DNA from: a bacterium
GTDB lineage: Bacteria > UBP14 > UBA6098 > B30-G16
Assembly (NCBI GenBank): GCA_021161555.1
Contig: JAGHAI010000108.1
Location: 1-39,310, forward strand
Length of the DNA: 39,310 nt
Direction: 5' to 3'
Part shown: in pieces, positions 36,260 through 39,310 of the stretch
Numbering within the stretch: the stretch's first letter is position 1
Layout of the letters: each line of letters begins with the position of its first letter
Made by a program: the position numbers and the translations under genes
Notes under the pieces: generated by a model
The model's input: only the letters and a program-made list of their open reading frames with translations
Databases searched by the model: none
Told to the model about the DNA's origin: nothing

Positions 36260-39085
36260 TCATTTCAGCAATTTTTTTAAAAATTTTCCGGTGATGGAAT
36301 TTTTTGATTTTGCAATATCTTCTGGTGTTCCCTCCGCCACGATTTTGCCGCCCATTTCTCCACCTTCGGGACCGAGGTCGATGACCCAATCTGCGTGTGC
36401 AATCACATCGAGATTATGCTCAATCACCACGATTGTGTTTCCCTTCTCCACGAGTTTATCGAGAACTGAAAGCAGGACTTTTACATCGTAGGCGTGCAGT
36501 CCAACAGTGGGCTCGTCGAGTATGTATAGTGTATTTCCAGTTGCTATGTGAGTTAGTTCCTTTGCGAGTTTTACGCGCTGTGCTTCTCCGCCTGAAAGTG
36601 TTGGAGCGGGCTGTCCAAGACGAATGTAGCCAAGTCCAACATCGTGAAGTATCTGAAGTTTGCGAACGATAGGTGGAATGTTTTCAAACAGCGTCAGCGC
36701 CTCGTCAACGGTCATATCCAGAACATCCGCAATGGAATGCCCCTTAAATTTTATTTCGAGAGTTTCCCGATTGTATCTTTTCCCCTTACACACATCGCAG
36801 TGTATGTAAACATCGGGAAGGAAGTGCATTTCAAGTCTTATCATCCCGTCGCCAGAACACGCTTCGCATCTGCCTCCCTTCACATTGAAAGAAAATCTTC
36901 CTGGTTTATATCCTCTCGCCCTCGATTCTGGCAGAGATGCAAAAAGTTCTCTAATGGGTGTGAAAACTCCCGTATATGTTGATGGATTTGAGCGTGGTGT
37001 TCGTCCGATTGGCGACTGGTCTATGTCAATTACTTTGTCGAGATACTGCAAGCCGATTATTTCTCTGTATTCGAGCGGTTTTATGTGAGCGCGATGGTAA
37101 TATCTCGCAAGTATTGGATACAGTGTTTCGTTTATCAGCGTCGATTTCCCGGAACCAGAAACCCCTGTGATGCAGATGAATTTCCCCAGCGGAAATTTTA
37201 CATCGATGTTTTTTAAATTGTGCCCCGATGCGCCGCGGAGAACGAGAAATTTCCCATTTCCAGCCCGTCTCCGTTCGGGAATTTTTATCCTCAATTTGCC
37301 CGTCAAATACTGCCCTGTGTAACTTTCAGGTGTTTCTTCTATATCTTTTACCGTTCCCTGCGCGACGACATTTCCCCCAAAAGTTCCCGCGCCAGGTCCC
37401 AGATCGACGATATAATCTGCTCTGCGGATAATATATCTGTCGTGTTCCACGATGATTATTGTATTTCCCAGGTCGCGCAGCCGTTCGAGTGTGTTCATCA
37501 ATCTTTCGGTATCTTTGGCGTGAAGCCCTATCGTTGGTTCGTCGAGAACATAGAGGACGCCGACCAAGCCTGAACCAATTTGAGTTGCAAGATGAATTCT
37601 CTGCGCTTCACCGCCAGAAAGCGAATGAGTTATCCTGTCCAGCGTCAGATATCCAACGCCGACATCGCATAGAAACTGCAATCTCTGTCGGATTTCTTTA
37701 ACAATTTGTTCAGCAATTATCCTGTGAGTGGGTGTCAGTTTTTCCATTAAATTGCTGAAAAAATTGTGAGCGTTCTTCACGGACATTTCCACTATTTCGT
37801 GAATGTGTTTTCCTGCAATCGTCACCGCTCTTGATTCGGGTCTCAATCTTGAACCTCCACAACTGCTGCAGGGAACGGATATCATAAACCTCTCAATCCA
37901 GGCGCGCATATTTGCTGAATCGGTCTGACGGTATCGCCGCTCCAGATTCGGGATAACTCCTTCGTAAACGCCGCGCCATACGCCCTGGTGATGTCCATCA
38001 CTGCTCGTATATTCCATCTCCAATTCCTCCGGCGAGCCATAGAGGACAATGTTTTTCTGTTCGTCGGTGAGCGATTTCCACGGCTTGTGCAGTGGAATGT
38101 CATATTTTTTGGAAAGCGCCTTCAACTTGGCGAAATACCATCCTCCAATCGGGTCCCGCCAGGGAACTATTGCGCCTTCTATGAGTGAAAGATTTTCATC
38201 GGGAACAATCAATTCGGGGTCGATGCGCATCTGAACGCCGAGACCAGAACATTCCTTACAGGCACCATAGGGGGAATTGAAGGAGAACATCCTCGGCGAA
38301 AGTTCCTGAATGCTCGTTCCACAATCGGGACACGCCATCTTTTCGGAAAAAAATCTTTCCTCGCCCGTATCATAGTCGAGGACGACGAGAAGACCATCTC
38401 CATATTGTAGCGCTGTTTCAATGGATTCCGCAAGACGACCGCGATATTTTTCATCCACGACGAGCCTGTCAACCACGAGTTCGATGTCGTGCTTTTTATT
38501 CTTGTCGAGGCGGATTTGCTCGTCCATCGTCTTAATTACTCCATCAACTCTTACGCGCAAAAATCCTTCCCTCTGCAGTTTTTCAAACAGGGATTTATGT
38601 TCGCCCTTTCTGCTGCGGACGATAGGGGACAGAATGATAATCCTGTGTCCTTCTGGCATAGATAGAATTTCGTCGGTGATGCCCTGAACCGTCCACCTGA
38701 CAATCGGTTTTCCGCAAATCCAGCAATGCGGCGTTCCTATGCGAGCGAATAAAAGACGCAGATAGTCGTAAATTTCCGTCGCGGTTGCCACTGTGGAACG
38801 AGGATTGTGCGAAAGTTTTCTCTGCTGAATTGCAACTGCAGGGGAAAGTCCCTCGATGCGTTCTACATCGGGCTTTTCCATCAGCGATAGAAACTGCCTC
38901 GCATAGGCGGATAATGACTCGACATAGCGCCTTTGACCTTCTGCGTATATCGTGTCGAAGGCGAGCGAACTTTTTCCCGAACCGGAAAGTCCCGTGATGA
39001 CGACAAGTTTATCGCGGGGAATTTTTACGCTGATGTTTTTGAGATTATGTTCCCGCGCTCCTTCAACTGTTATATATTTTTCCAT
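36260..39085 (-). CDS. uvrA: Excinuclease ABC subunit A
   Basis: GAREHNLKN, two ABC domains ([24 protein letters not shown]), zinc fingers. Confidence 0.99.
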   Translation of the reverse strand: MEKYITVEGAREHNLKNISVKIPRDKLVVITGLSGSGKSSLAFDTIYAEGQRRYVESLSAYARQFLSLMEKPDVERIEGLSPAVAIQQRKLSHNPRSTVATATEIYDYLRLLFARIGTPHCWICGKPIVRWTVQGITDEILSMPEGHRIIILSPIVRSRKGEHKSLFEKLQREGFLRVRVDGVIKTMDEQIRLDKNKKHDIELVVDRLVVDEKYRGRLAESIETALQYGDGLLVVLDYDTGEERFFSEKMACPDCGTSIQELSPRMFSFNSPYGACKECSGLGVQMRIDPELIVPDENLSLIEGAIVPWRDPIGGWYFAKLKALSKKYDIPLHKPWKSLTDEQKNIVLYGSPEELEMEYTSSDGHHQGVWRGVYEGVIPNLERRYRQTDSANMRAWIERFMISVPCSSCGGSRLRPESRAVTIAGKHIHEIVEMSVKNAHNFFSNLMEKLTPTHRIIAEQIVKEIRQRLQFLCDVGVGYLTLDRITHSLSGGEAQRIHLATQIGSGLVGVLYVLDEPTIGLHAKDTERLMNTLERLRDLGNTIIIVEHDRYIIRRADYIVDLGPGAGTFGGNVVAQGTVKDIEETPESYTGQYLTGKLRIKIPERRRAGNGKFLVLRGASGHNLKNIDVKFPLGKFICITGVSGSGKSTLINETLYPILARYYHRAHIKPLEYREIIGLQYLDKVIDIDQSPIGRTPRSNPSTYTGVFTPIRELFASLPESRARGYKPGRFSFNVKGGRCEACSGDGMIRLEMHFLPDVYIHCDVCKGKRYNRETLEIKFKGHSIADVLDMTVDEALTLFENIPPIVRKLQILHDVGLGYIRLGQPAPTLSGGEAQRVKLAKELTHIATGNTLYILDEPTVGLHAYDVKVLLSVLDKLVEKGNTIVVIEHNLDVIAHADWVIDLGPEGGEMGGKIVAEGTPEDIAKSKNSITGKFLKKLLK

Positions 39086-39139
39086 CTGTTTCCCGATGTA
39101 TTTTTCTATAAAGATGAATTTTTAACGATATAATTTAAC

Positions 39140-39168
39140 AATATAAAAAATTTTCCGGAAAATTGCAA
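39140..39168 (-). promoter_or_regulatory. uvrA promoter with embedded 16-bp palindrome
   Basis: Minus strand TTGCAA-17-TATATT; AATTTTCCGGAAAATT at 39149-39164. Confidence 0.55.
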
Positions 39169-39184
39169 TGTAATAAAGCCTACG

Positions 39185-39310
39185 GGGAGTATAACTTATT
39201 TTGTGTAATTTTGGAGGTTATATAAATTAACCTCCCTGGCATTGAAAACCAAAAAGCAGGGAGGTTTCAAATGAAACGACACTTCTATGGTGGTCGCAAG
39301 GTAAGTTGTG
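39185..39310 (+). mobile_element. Probable left end of an IS256-family element with the start of its transposase (ATG 39271, runs off the window)
   Basis: GGGAGTATAACTTATTTTGTGTAA resembles IS256-family terminal IRs as I recall them; SD-sequestering hairpin AACCTCCCTG/CAGGGAGGTT; only 13 codons are visible. Confidence 0.5.

Overview
A 39.3 kb, mostly housekeeping segment of a bacterial chromosome. YPNPFN-type C-terminal sorting domains, a GWxTD protein, V/A-type ATPase, IorA and TTGACA/TATAAT-type promoters suggest an anaerobic non-Bacteroidota member of the FCB superphylum (inference). It carries the thrU-tyrU-glyT-thrT-tuf-rpmG cluster, a TetR-TolC-MFP efflux set, ybaB, pdxJ, coaE, mazG, pth, iorA, hicBA, an aldehyde dehydrogenase, a lone EutN/CcmL gene, pilT, accB, zapB-zapA-rny, a C25 gingipain-like protease, cysK, M23-bactofilin, V-ATPase G/H and I subunits and uvrA, with a probable IS256-family end at the right edge. 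The most notable features outside the ORF track or standard annotation are: (1) a promoter-led 180-nt rod-shaped ncRNA between pdxJ and coaE, 6S-sized but without 6S sequence hallmarks that I can recognise; (2) two distant, apparently paralogous secreted beta-rich proteins that may be filament subunits; (3) small ORFs inserted in the tRNA-tuf operon; (4) several deletion relics (FmdE, HicB, PadR, a 9-codon iorB-like stub) and many normally conserved operons cut short. All calls are from motif recognition by eye; no searches were run.
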